A stretch of DNA of 64,000 nucleotides from an uncultured Holophagales bacterium (GTDB taxonomy: Bacteria > Acidobacteriota > Thermoanaerobaculia > Multivoradales > UBA5704), in contig CAWJGT010000014.1 in NCBI GenBank assembly GCA_963842525.1, positions 160,001 through 224,000 on the forward strand. The letters run 5' to 3'. Each line of letters opens with the position of its first letter. Within the stretch, counting starts at the first letter, position 1. Shown piece by piece: positions 42,052-52,156 of this stretch. The notes under the pieces were generated by a model. It saw nothing but the letters and a program-made list of their open reading frames with translations, did not search any database and was not told the DNA's origin. The position numbers and the translations under genes are program-made.

Positions 42052-43448
42052 AAGCCGCACATGCCGTGCACCCCGCCCGAAGGCGGCGTGCTCGATGAGC
42101 AGAGGAAGATCTTCGGGTCCGGCGTGGCGTAGGGTACGAGACGGGCGACCGGCCGCGTGAAGAGCTGGGTCAGGAGGGCGGCGCCGCCGTTGATGTCGCC
42201 GCCTACGAGGTTGGGATCGTAGGCCTCGAGCTGAGCCGTGTTCATGGTGTGGCGCGCCAGGATCAGGTCACGAAAGCCCGGTGCGAAGCGTTCCACCTGG
42301 TCTTCGATCGTCCGGGTCTTGTCCATGGTCGAGCCGTTGGGAACGTGGCAGTAGGCCCAGGCCGTGTGCGAGCCGGCGGGTGCCCGGGACGGATCGAACA
42401 GGCTGGCCTGGCCGAGCAGGACGAAAGGCCGATCGGCCTCGCGGCCCTCCCAGGCGGCGCGCTCCGAGGCCGCGATCTCTTCCAGCGTCCCGCCCAGATG
42501 GATCGTCCCGGCCCGCCGACAGGCTTCGGCCCGCCAGGGGATCGGCCCCTTCAGGGCCCAGTCGACCTTGAATACGCCCGGGCCGTAGCGGTAGCGCTCC
42601 AACCGGTGCCGGTAGCCGGACGGCCAGCGGGTCCCACCGAGCCGCAGGAGCTGCGCCGGCGTGAGGTCGAGGAGGCGGACCCGCGAGGACGGCAGCTCGT
42701 CGAGGGAGCGCACCTCCCATCCGGTCTGGATCTCACCGCCGAGCTCGCGCAACAGGCTCGCCATGGCATCCGGGATGTGCTGGGCGCCTCCCGCGGGCTG
42801 AGGCCAGCCTACCGCGTGCCCGGTCGTGGCGAGCACCAGGCCGAAGGCCCCAGTCGGGACAAGCTCAAGAGGCAAGAATGCATGGCCGGCAATGCCGGCG
42901 ATAAGGCCGCGGGCGCGGAATCCCCGAAACCGTCGGCGGGCCAGCCGATCCGCCGGCTGGAGGGCGATCAGGCCGAAGCGAGCCATCAAGAGCGGATGTC
43001 GCGGGAACCGCAGCGGCCCCAGGAATTCGGCGGCGAGCTGCCACCACGCCGACGACAGCGGAGAGAAGAGACGCGTCCAGGCCTGCCCATCAGCCGGCTC
43101 GCCGAAGCTCTCTCCCGTCTCGTCGATGTCCTGAGAGAGCACCGCAGCCGTGCCGTCGTCAAACGGATGGGCCAGCGCCAGCGGCTGGAAAATCCACCGG
43201 AGGCCGTGACGCTTGAGAGGGAGCCGGGAGAGGAACGGCGATCCGACCGCCATGGGGTAGATGGCCGAGCAGGTGTCGTGCACGAAGCCCGGCAGCGTCC
43301 ACTCCGCCGACCGCGCCGCGCCACCCACGGAGTCCCGGGCCTCGACGACCAGGACCGAGCGCCCCTCCTGCGCCAGCGCAATGGCGGCCGCGAGGCCGTT
43401 CGGTCCGGCCCCGACGACGATGGCATCCCGCTCTGTCATCTCCGCCAT
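41970..43448 (-). CDS. Phytoene desaturase-family FAD oxidoreductase
   Basis: VGAGPNGL, HDTCSA, GGDINGG, SSTPPSGGVHGMCG. Confidence 0.92.
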   Translation of the reverse strand: MAEMTERDAIVVGAGPNGLAAAIALAQEGRSVLVVEARDSVGGAARSAEWTLPGFVHDTCSAIYPMAVGSPFLSRLPLKRHGLRWIFQPLALAHPFDDGTAAVLSQDIDETGESFGEPADGQAWTRLFSPLSSAWWQLAAEFLGPLRFPRHPLLMARFGLIALQPADRLARRRFRGFRARGLIAGIAGHAFLPLELVPTGAFGLVLATTGHAVGWPQPAGGAQHIPDAMASLLRELGGEIQTGWEVRSLDELPSSRVRLLDLTPAQLLRLGGTRWPSGYRHRLERYRYGPGVFKVDWALKGPIPWRAEACRRAGTIHLGGTLEEIAASERAAWEGREADRPFVLLGQASLFDPSRAPAGSHTAWAYCHVPNGSTMDKTRTIEDQVERFAPGFRDLILARHTMNTAQLEAYDPNLVGGDINGGAALLTQLFTRPVARLVPYATPDPKIFLCSSSTPPSGGVHGMCGFHAAQAVLRSGITNTRRASSEPSVSSR

Positions 43449-43502
43449 GGCAGACGCGAGTCTGTAGCATCTGGCCCAATCGGGTCTAGGTCGGCCCCGA
43501 AT

Positions 43503-43551
43503 CGCCCGGCGATAAATCGCCGGGCTAGAAACAGCGCCCCATGAATGGGGC
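43503..43551. repeat. REP-like hairpins (GCCCGGCGATAAATCGCCGGGC; GCCCCATGAATGGGGC)
   Basis: Two adjacent hairpins at the 5' edge of the orphan FGE fragment. Confidence 0.7.
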
Positions 43552-43572
43552 TTGAAGCCGGGTTCACCGGAA

Positions 43573-43926
43573 GCCGATCCGGAGCGGGCGAGCTACGATG
43601 AAACAGGCATTGATGAGCCGAGCACGGTAGGCTGTTTCCCAGGCGGCGCCAGTCCTTGTGGGTGCGAGGAGATGAGCGGCAACGTGTGGGAATGGACGCG
43701 GAGCCTGTGGGGGAAAAGTGGGGATAAGCCGATCGGGTACCCATACGACCCTCGGGACGGCCGTGAGGACCCGACATCCTCCGGTCCCCGTGTGTTGCGG
43801 GGCGGCGCTTGCTACCTCGATTCTTCGAATGTGCGTTGCGCCATCCGCGGCGGGGCCGATCCTGCGGTCCGTAACAGGAACCTAGGATTTCGGGTCGTGC
43901 TGCTCCCATTCTCCTCTGATCTCTGA
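43573..43926 (+). pseudogene. Orphan C-terminal FGE-sulfatase (C-type lectin fold) cassette with DGR variable region VR-A (43792-43926)
   Basis: [16 protein letters not shown]...GFRVV; inverted paralog of 44948-45300; no N-terminus. Confidence 0.85.
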
Positions 43927-43971
43927 ACCCTCTGGCCTCTGATCTCTCTGGACCATGCGATCGGCCATCCT

Positions 43972-44876
43972 CGCCCAGGGTTCACACCCTGGGCTACCCA
44001 ATGGCGCCCTCCGGGCTCAGAAGCCTCCACCACACCAGCCAGAAGAGCGGGTTTCCAGAGCCCGGAGGGCGGCACCCGGTAGCCCAGGGTGTGAACCCTG
44101 GGCGCTGGACGGGGCGCTGGCTGGAAACTCGGCGCTACGTTAAGCTCCCCATCCGATAAAAGGAGTCATCGGAAGACACGACATGCCCCCAACAGCCTCC
44201 GGGGCTCAAGGAGAGGACGTACCATGGCGCACAGCTATACAAACCTGAAGTATCACGTCGTCTTCAGCACCAAGCTCCGTCTGCCTTGGATCTCCGCAGA
44301 GCTGGAACCGGCTCTGTACGGCTACATCGGCAACGTCATTCGCAACAAGGGCGGACAGAGCATCGAGATCGGCGGGATCGAGGATCATGTCCACATCCTG
44401 GCGGGTTTTCCGCAGAGCCGCTCGGTGGCCGCCATGGTGGGCGCGATCAAGTCAAATTCATCGAGCTTCGGCAAGGAGGAGAGCAGTAACACAGCCTTCA
44501 GTTGGCAGGAGGGCTACGCAGCCTTCACAGTGAGCGAATCGCAGGTTTCCCGAGTAAGGCGGTACATCCAGCGCCAGAAAGAGCATCATCGCGTACAGAG
44601 CTATGAAGACGAGGTCCGCGAGCTTTGCCGCCGTCACGGCATCAAGCTCGAGGACTCCTTTTTTGAGGACGACCCGGACGGCGGTATTGGGTGAGGCGAT
44701 GGGGCCGACGGCGGTAACGAACAATAATGCCTGGCCCATCCCCACCCAGGGTTTACACCCTGGGCTACCCAATGGCGCCCTCCGGGCTCAGAGGCCATCC
44801 ACCCCGCCAGCCTGAAGCGAGGGTTCCCAGAGCCCGGAGGGCGGCACTCGGTAGCCCAGGGTGTGAACCCTGGGCG
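43972..44876. mobile_element. REP-flanked Y1 transposase unit (REP pairs at 43972-44104 and 44745-44876)
   Basis: CCCAGGGTT(C/T)ACACCCTGGGCTACCCAATGGCGCCCTCCGGGCTC inverted doublets on both sides of tnpA. Confidence 0.85.
44224..44694 (+). CDS. tnpA: IS200/IS605-family (RAYT-like) Y1 transposase
   Basis: YHVVFSTK, HUH motif DHVHIL, WQEGY.AF.VS, YI..Q.EHH. Confidence 0.93.
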   Translation: MAHSYTNLKYHVVFSTKLRLPWISAELEPALYGYIGNVIRNKGGQSIEIGGIEDHVHILAGFPQSRSVAAMVGAIKSNSSSFGKEESSNTAFSWQEGYAAFTVSESQVSRVRRYIQRQKEHHRVQSYEDEVRELCRRHGIKLEDSFFEDDPDGGIG

Positions 44877-44947
44877 ATGGCGGGCTGGAGGCCCCCCTCG
44901 GCTCCCCCTCCCATCTCATGGTCCAGAGAACCCAGAGGCCAGAGAGT

Positions 44948-47016
44948 TCAGAGATCAGAGGAGAATGGGAGCAGCACGACCCGAAAGCCTATGAGCCTGA
45001 AACGGTCCGAAGGATCGTTCCTGAAGCGGATGGCGCAACGCACATACGTAGAATCGTAGAGGTAAGCGCCGCCCCGCAACACACGGGGGCCGGAGGATGT
45101 CGGATCCTCGCGGCCATCCAGCGGATCGTATGGGTAACCGATCGGCTTGTTCCACGCTTTTCCCCACAAGCTCCGCGTCCACTCCCACACGTTGCCGCTC
45201 ATCTCCTCGCAGCCGTACGGACTGGCCCCACCTGGGAAACAACCGACCGGGCTCGGCTCCCCGATCCGGGTTTCGTCGTAATTCGCCCGCTCCGGGTCCG
45301 CCTTCTCGCCCCATGGATACCTGCTCCCCTCTGCCCCCCTTGCTGCCTTCTCCCACTCCGCTTCTGAAGGCACTGCCGCGGTCAGCTCACCGCGGGCGAG
45401 CCGTTCCCGGAATGCTTCACCGCAACATCGTCGACCACGCGCGACTGCGCCAGCTCGCGCAGCCTCCCGGTCAGCCACCGGCCGTAAGCCAGGGCGTCGT
45501 GCCAGGAAACGCCGACAATAGGATGGTTCACCACCCCCTCCAGAGCCTCCGGCGGAACCTCGTGCCCGCTCTGCACCACGAAGGCCCGAAACTGCTCCAC
45601 CGTCACCGGATAGCGAGCCATACCAGAACGCACCGGCGGGCACCTCCACGAAACCCATGAAGGGGTCCCGCGGCAGGAACCACCGCTCCGGATCGAACCG
45701 CGAATCGCCCAGCCTCGCCAGCGTCTTGCCGGCCAGCGCCCGCCGTGCCAGGACGGTCCCCCTGGGCGGCGTGGACTTCGAAGGCCAGCTCTTCCAACGC
45801 CTGCCGCAGCTTTTCCTTGCCTACGTCCAGGTACTGCGCCAGGCTTGGCTGGAGCGCCGGCCGGCCCTGGGCGTCGTGGATCACCCGGTGGCGCTCCCAG
45901 CGGTCGAGGAGCAGCTCGACGGTCTCGGCGTAGAGCTCCTCACGTTCTCCGGCAGGTCCGCGCCCCGCCAGGCGTGGAGGCACGCCATCAGCGTCAACAG
46001 GAGAGGCCGGCCGGCCAGCTCGCGCAGGTGCTCGCGGCTGAAGATCGCCTGCCGCAAGTGCGCGGCCTTCCCCTCGACGTCCGCCCGGAGCCTTCCCACC
46101 TGCGCGGAGTGTGCGTACCAGCGGGCGACGAAGCGCTGGATCTGGCCGTCGCTGAACGGGGCGAGCACCGCCTCGGCGAAGCCGCGCAGTTTCCAGTCCT
46201 GCTTCTGGTAGGCATAGGTACGGCTGGTGAGGAGCACCCGGCACTTCCCGAAGCTCCGTGCAAAGTCCTCCACCGCCTCGCGGATCTGCTCCCGGCGTTG
46301 CTCTGCCTCTGGAACCTCGTCGAGGCCGTCCAGCAGGATGAGGCCGCCCGTCTCCTGGAGATGCTTGTACAGGAGGCCGGTACAGCCGCCGAGACTCGCT
46401 TTCGCCAGCGTCCCTGCAACGAAGTCCCACAGATGGCTCGCGGTGGCCTTGACTCCGACCGTCGGCAGGCCCTCGGCCGCGAAGTCCCGCAACACCACAC
46501 GTACAGGGAGAAGAGGCCCGTGATCCCAAGGCTGGGGCTCCTTCTCATCCTCCCCCTGGTTGTCCGGCAGCGGTGCCCGCAGGAGGTCGAGCCCAACCTG
46601 CGGCGGGCCCAACGCCTCGCCTGCCAGGCACAGCGCCACAAAGTTGACGAACGTGCTCTTGCCGCTGCCGGGATCGCCCAGCAGCACCAGGCGGGGGTGC
46701 CGGTTGAGCTGCTCCAAGGCCGAGAGGTTCCGCTGCCCACGCTCGAAAGAGGCGGGCAACTCGCGGTCCTCGCGCGGCGCGAGCGTGAGCAGGGCCGTAT
46801 ATACGGCGTCGAGGCTCATGCCGGCCTCCCCGTCTCCGCCGGCCGAGGCCTTGTCGATCCCGGCGAGCGACAGCGCCGCGGTCTCCTGGTAGAGGCGGGT
46901 GAGATAGGCCCGGCGCAGCGCCGCGGGATCGACGGCCGAGCCCCGGCCCTCCCGGGGTGCGACGACGAGATCGCCGTGGACGTCTCCGCGGACGATCACG
47001 CTCCCCGCGCCGCAGG
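44948..47016 (-). pseudogene. NACHT NTPase-FGE/CLec fusion (DGR target, VR-B at 44948-45082); 5'-truncated, frameshifted, internally deleted
   Basis: Walker [10 protein letters not shown], Walker [20 protein letters not shown]; then ARYPVTV.QF, SEAEWEKAARG, GNVWEW and RVLRGG spread over several frames. Confidence 0.88.
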
Positions 47017-47017
47017 A

Positions 47018-47355
47018 ACCATCAAGGAGTGGATCAAGATCCGGGCGCGGCAACAGCAGATCGGGGAGCTCCACCCGGGAGATCGAGAGGACGGTGGCGC
47101 GGCTGGAGGCGCGGGAGCAGGAGCTGCTTGATCGGATCCAGAACCTGGAGACCATCGTCGTCGAGCCAGACGTGGAACGCGCTGCATGACACGGGGCTCT
47201 CCGCAGCGGACCGGGAGCTGAAGGTCGCCTCCACGGCCCGGCGCGAGCTGAAGCCCGTGGAGTCCGACGACGCCAACCGCCAGAGGGCCGAGCAGCTCGC
47301 CCGCCGTCTGCAGGGATGAGGCGGCTCTCCCAAGAACCTCACCCCCTGTCCCCCT
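47018..47355 (+). pseudogene. 5'-truncated, frameshifted copy of gene 51788-52138 with downstream DNA
   Basis: Near-identical to 51839-52175; extra G at about 47163. Confidence 0.88.
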
Positions 47356-47409
47356 CGGTCCCAGGCGCCCTTCCGTACCCCCTCGACGTTACGGTAAGCT
47401 CCCCCTCCG

Positions 47410-48600
47410 ATGAAACAGCACCGTCGGAAGACACGACGCCGGGACCGATTCTCACCGCAACAGGAGAGAAAGAACCGACCACCCGAGACATCAAGCGAGC
47501 CCCTGCCGGAGGGCGAGGAATGGGTGGATTGGGGCGGCCAGTTGATCTGGGCCGTCGACTTCACCTCGGGCGGCGCCCCCTACGGTCTGTCCTTCGAAGA
47601 ACACCGCGAGATGGAGACCGATTACGGGTATCGACAGGGCGCCGGGTGGGCCCGGGCGCGGCGGCTTCTCCAGGATGTGTTTGCGCATCCGCCCGGCGAC
47701 AGGACCAGGGTCGAAATCGGCCGGGTGAGCTACTTGGGCGAGGGGATCTGGCGCAGGGCCTATACCGCCGAGGTGAACCTCGTGCCAGACCCGGGCCGCC
47801 TCAGCGGACCCTACGTCGTGCTGCTGACCAAGGCGGACGCCGAGCCCTCGTTCGATGACCGGGTGCGGTTCGAAGCCCGGCTGCTCCTCCGCCTCCCTTC
47901 TCTGCGCCTGCCGTTGCGGACACCCCGGCTCCTGGGCCTCCTTCCCAATGCGGGCCGGCCGGCGATCCTGGAATCTGGAGTGGCCGGCGTTCCGCTGGAC
48001 CTGCGGGCCGGGCGGCAAGGCGGCGTCCGTCCCTGGGAGGTCGTGGCCCATGTGGCGGCGGCCGTGCACTCCGCCGATCTCCAGCCCCTCGCATCCACGG
48101 AGACTCCCGCCTGGAGCATGCCGGGGTATCCGACCCGCAGAGAGCACGCGCTGGCGGAGCTCACGGCTTTCGAGGATCTGTCCGAGCCTCTGGTCCAAAA
48201 GGCTCATGCCTGGGCCCTGGAGCACCTTCCGCCGGCGGAGCCCTCTGCCCTCATCCACGGCGACCTCCTCGGCCAGAACATCCTGCTCGCTCCGGGACAA
48301 CCTACGGGGCTCATCGACTGGGAAAATGCGCGGCTGGGCGATCCGGCCTATGACCTGGCGATCATCACAAGAGGAGGCCGGCAGCCTTTCAAGATCGACC
48401 GCGGGCTCGACCGGCTGCTGGAAGCCTATGCCACCGGTGCCCCGGAGGTCCGGAAAGAGCACGTGCGTGTCTACGAGCTCTGCCTGCTGACGCGCTGGTA
48501 CCGGGAATCCCTCGACCCGCGCGTCCGCAGCCATCCTCCCGAGGAGCTGCTCGGTCGTCTTCGCAGACACTTCTGCAGAGTGACGGAAGCTCGATCGTAG
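47410..48600 (+). CDS. Aminoglycoside phosphotransferase (APH)-family kinase
   Basis: HGDLLGQNI, IDWE, GDPAYDLA. Confidence 0.88.
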   Translation: MKQHRRKTRRRDRFSPQQERKNRPPETSSEPLPEGEEWVDWGGQLIWAVDFTSGGAPYGLSFEEHREMETDYGYRQGAGWARARRLLQDVFAHPPGDRTRVEIGRVSYLGEGIWRRAYTAEVNLVPDPGRLSGPYVVLLTKADAEPSFDDRVRFEARLLLRLPSLRLPLRTPRLLGLLPNAGRPAILESGVAGVPLDLRAGRQGGVRPWEVVAHVAAAVHSADLQPLASTETPAWSMPGYPTRREHALAELTAFEDLSEPLVQKAHAWALEHLPPAEPSALIHGDLLGQNILLAPGQPTGLIDWENARLGDPAYDLAIITRGGRQPFKIDRGLDRLLEAYATGAPEVRKEHVRVYELCLLTRWYRESLDPRVRSHPPEELLGRLRRHFCRVTEARS

Positions 48601-48693
48601 GGTGGTTCCCGGGGTGCTACCATTCTCCTCAGCAAAATCAGGAGCCCGGAATGACCCGAGCCTCCAAATCCGGTTCAACGAAAAGGAGCCGTC

Positions 48694-48876
48694 ATGAAGA
48701 AGAACGTCAAGAAGCTGCGCCTTCATCGCGACACCTTGGCTCTCCTTGATCCCAAGGTCGTCGCCGCCCACGTCGGAGGCGCCGCGGCGGTCGTGACCAG
48801 TTGCACCTATCCCTGCAACTGCCCGACCGGCTGTTCGGACGAGCAGATGTGCATCGAGACAGGCCTCCTCGATTAG
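48694..48876 (+). CDS. RiPP (lanthipeptide-like) precursor peptide
   Basis: AAGGAG RBS; leader KKLRLHRDTL..L, GG motif, Cys/Ser/Thr-rich core with 5 Cys. Confidence 0.8.
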   Translation: MKKNVKKLRLHRDTLALLDPKVVAAHVGGAAAVVTSCTYPCNCPTGCSDEQMCIETGLLD

Positions 48877-48937
48877 CGGACCAGGGGCACCGTCCGGGCT
48901 TCCGACGGCGGCGCTCGGGATCAGGCTGGCCTTGGAT

Positions 48938-49546
48938 GCTCCGCGGGTCTCACGGGAGGCGATCCGCGACTCGATAGACGGAAACGGCGTCACACGGAAG
49001 GTGCTGAGGATCTCGCGGTCCGCGATCCGGATGGCATTGACCACGTTCGAGGTCACGTCGTCCGTGGTCCGGCCCGCGGTGCTCGCGTTCCGCAGGGCAC
49101 TGCCTGCGGTCAACGGCTCAGGGTACGCGGTCACTGCCACATGGTACGCGAACAACGGCGTGCTGGATGCGTTCCGAGGCCCGTTGTTCGCGGTCCGTGT
49201 GACGCTGAACGCGATCTGAGGCTCGTTGTCGGCGTCCAAGGGCTCGCGCAACGCGGTCAGCGTCCCGTTGTCCGCGATCCGTGCTCCGTGCGATGCATCC
49301 AACGAGCCGTTGAACGCGGTCCGCGGCTTGTTGTTCACGGACAACGGCTTGTTGAACACGGTCAGCGTCTCGTGGAACGCGAGCAATGGCTCATTGTCCG
49401 GTGCCGGAGCCTCGTCGCTCGCGGACGGCGGCACGTGGAACACGGTCAGCGTCTCTTGGAACGCGGTCAATGCCTTCCGTAAGATGGGAAACAACGCTCT
49501 GATCGCGGTCCGGGTCGAGCGGAGGGCGTCCCGTGGCTCTCTGGAA
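48938..49546. repeat. Degenerate 21-bp tandem array, about 29 units
   Basis: Unbroken 21-bp phase (e.g. 49106, 49127, 49190, 49253, 49316); consensus about GCGGTC-NRC-GKC-YCG-TTG-AAC. Confidence 0.88.
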
Positions 49547-49590
49547 GGAGACGGAGCCGGGTGGAAGCGAGCCGGTGAGATGAGGAGAGG

Positions 49591-49625
49591 AAAAAGGGAG
49601 GGGGCGTATGGCAGCACGCCCCCTC
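49591..49625 (-). terminator. Rho-independent terminator of gene 49636-50046
   Basis: 10-bp stem GAGGGGGCGT/ACGCCCCCTC followed by CCTTTTT on the minus strand. Confidence 0.8.
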
Positions 49626-49635
49626 GGAAGAGGAT

Positions 49636-50046
49636 CTACTTCGCGCCGTCAGGAGCAGGGGTCGAGCTGGTCGTTTCGGTGGCCGCCGTAGGCGGGGTCT
49701 CAGGCTGTTCCGGCTTCTTCTTCTTGATCCGGCCGCGGAAGGGCTGTATGCCAAACTCCACCAGCTTCTCGCTGCGGTTGCCGTAGTGCTCCCGCGCCGC
49801 GGTCCGCACGAGATCCGACAGCGCTTCCCCTTCTCGCAGGATCTGCTGCAGCCTCCTGGTCGCCTCCTGTTTGCTCGCCGTCAGAGCACTCTGCTCGGCG
49901 ATGAGGCTGCGCGCCTCCCCCAGCCGGCTCGTCAGCTTCGCAACCGGCGCCCCCAGGTGCGGCAGGTCGGCCGCATTGGCGATTGCCGCTGCGCACGACT
50001 GCTCCCAGCCATTCGTCACGTTCATATACCGGCGTACACGGGCCAT
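49636..50046 (-). CDS. Small helical protein (YG.RSEKLVEFG..P motif, basic/Pro tail)
   Basis: GGAAGG RBS, coiled-coil body, own terminator. Confidence 0.8.
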   Translation of the reverse strand: MARVRRYMNVTNGWEQSCAAAIANAADLPHLGAPVAKLTSRLGEARSLIAEQSALTASKQEATRRLQQILREGEALSDLVRTAAREHYGNRSEKLVEFGIQPFRGRIKKKKPEQPETPPTAATETTSSTPAPDGAK

Positions 50047-50351
50047 ACCTTCCTTCCTTTCTCTCCGTTTCCGGAGAGGAATCCGGCACCCGGAATGGAC
50101 GCCGGAAGATACACACCTCGTTCGACAGTGCCCCATCTGTCGAATGAATTCATTCTACGCAGATGTGCGGACTATGTCAACACTCTAGATGCACGACATG
50201 CATGGATACAGGTGGACACACCTGGACTCGGGTGGCAAGGCGTTGTCAGACGGCGATCCTTCGCGGCGAATCTCTCTTTGGACCTGAGAGGGCGAGGCAA
50301 TGTAACGATTGCATCCCTCGCCTCGCCTGATTCAGGGGCAAGGAGAACATC

Positions 50352-51657
50352 GTGAACGCAACAACTGTCAGACTCCCGGAGCGGTCCGCAAACATCTTCA
50401 TCAACTACCGCCGCGAGGACAGCGCGGGCCACGCGGGGCGGCTCTTCGATGGCCTGAGCGATCACTTCCCCGGCCGCCTGTTCATGGACGTCGATACTCT
50501 GGAGCCCGGCGTCGATTTCGTCGACGCCATCGAGAAGGCGGTCGGCTCGTGCGAGGTGCTGATCGTGGTCATCGGCAGCGAATGGCTGACCCTCACGGAT
50601 GCGACCGGGAAACGGCGCCTCGACGATTCCGGAGACTTCGTGCGCCTGGAAGTCGAGTCCGCCCTCGCGCGCAACATCCGGGTCATCCCCGTGCTGGTGC
50701 AGGACACCCCCATGCCGCGTGCCGGGGAGTTGCCGGCTTCTCTCGCCCGGCTGGCCCGGCGCAACGCCATCGAGCTGCAGCGATGCCCGGTGGGCCTACG
50801 ACGTGGACCGCCTCGCACAGACGATCCGGGAGATCCTGCGAGGGAAGGATGACCCGCACCCCGTACTTGAACAGCGGTTGGAGGCGCCACCCCCGGTGCC
50901 GCCTGAAGGTAACGCGAGACCGAGACCCCGGAGGTTCGTCCTCGCCGCCGCCTTGTTGCTATCGGTGGTCGCGCTGGCGTCCGGCGGGTGGATTGGGGGA
51001 AAGACCCTGACGAGCGACGGCGGATCCGCGGAGATCCGCACGGAGGGCGGCGCTAGTAGCGTTAGCGTTCCAGCTCAGCCCGCGACGGTCGATCCCGGCC
51101 CGAGCCCCGAGACCGGCGAACCGATCGGGAATCCCGTCCTCCCCGAAGCCACGGAGCCTGCTCCAAAACGGCGGCCCGCCGAGAAGCCCTATAACCCTCC
51201 ACCTGTTGTGGTTCGCGTTCCTACCGAGCCCACCGGGATCCTTGTGACCGATCCGCCTGTTGCGCCGCCCGTTCACGCTGAGGACGTGCAACCGCCGCAG
51301 GCCACGATCACTTCGCCACGCAACGGAGCCAAGGTCGGCAAGCAGATCCTGGTCGAAGGCGTCCTCTCCGGGCTGAGTACCGGCCAGAGGGTCTTCCTTT
51401 GCGTCAAGTCGATCCAGGACGTCTACTACCCTCAGGGGGAGCTGCCGCCAGCCGATGGCCCATGGTCGATGAAGGCCAACAGCTCGGACCAGGCCTACGA
51501 AATCTCTGTCGTGCTCGCCACCAGTCCGCAAGCGGTCGCGGCCTTGAACGATCGGAGCAATCGGGAGCAAGGCCTGCGCAACCTGCCCGAGGATGCATCC
51601 ATCCTGCGTGTCGTCAAGGTGGAACGGAAGTGGTGGACGCGAATGAAACCCGCCTGA
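50352..51657 (+). CDS. TIR domain-TM-extracytoplasmic beta-domain protein; +1 frameshift at about 50778
   Basis: IFINYRRED, FMDVD.LEPG.DF, DFVRLEV..AL, VIPVLV; continues SDARW.YDV.RL in the next frame, then a TM helix and ITSP.NG. Confidence 0.85.
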
Positions 51658-51787
51658 GCGGCAGGCTTCTGGAGTGAAGGGAACGCCCCCCAATGCGATC
51701 GAACGGAGACGGTTTGTGATGCGAGCTCTCTGAAACGGGCGCCATGCCGCGCCGGGAGATACAATGTCCCTCGGGAGGTAGACGACC

Positions 51788-52138
51788 ATGGGCCAATGGG
51801 TGTGGGTGTTGATCCCGATCGTGGCCATCCTGGCGGGCACCATCAAGGAGTGGATCAAGATCCGGTCGCGGCAGCAGCAGATCGGGAGCTCCACCCGGGA
51901 GATCGAGAGGATGGTGGCGCGGCTGGAGGCGCGGGAGCAGGAGCTGCTTGATCGGATCCAGAACCTGGAGACCATCGTCGTCAGCCAGACGTGGGACGCG
52001 CTCCATGACAAGGGGCTCTCCACGGCGGATCGGGAGCTGAGGGTCGCCTCCACGGCCCGGCGCGAGCTGAAGCCTGTGGAGTCCGACGACGCCAACCGCC
52101 AGAGGGCCGAGCAGCTCGCCCGCCGTCTGCAGGGATGA
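51788..52138 (+). CDS. Small single-TM coiled-coil protein (PspB-like)
   Basis: GGAGG RBS, N-terminal [11 protein letters not shown] coiled coil. Confidence 0.75.
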   Translation: MGQWVWVLIPIVAILAGTIKEWIKIRSRQQQIGSSTREIERMVARLEAREQELLDRIQNLETIVVSQTWDALHDKGLSTADRELRVASTARRELKPVESDDANRQRAEQLARRLQG

Positions 52139-52156
52139 GGCGGCTCTCCCAAGAAC

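Noticed and set aside
43552-45400. FGE domains as the maturase for the sulfatase at 10.9 kb
   Set aside because: They lack the catalytic Cys pair of true FGE and carry DGR-type variable ends.
47491-49617. 708-aa minus-strand ORF
   Set aside because: Starts inside a terminator hairpin and runs antisense through the RiPP and APH genes.
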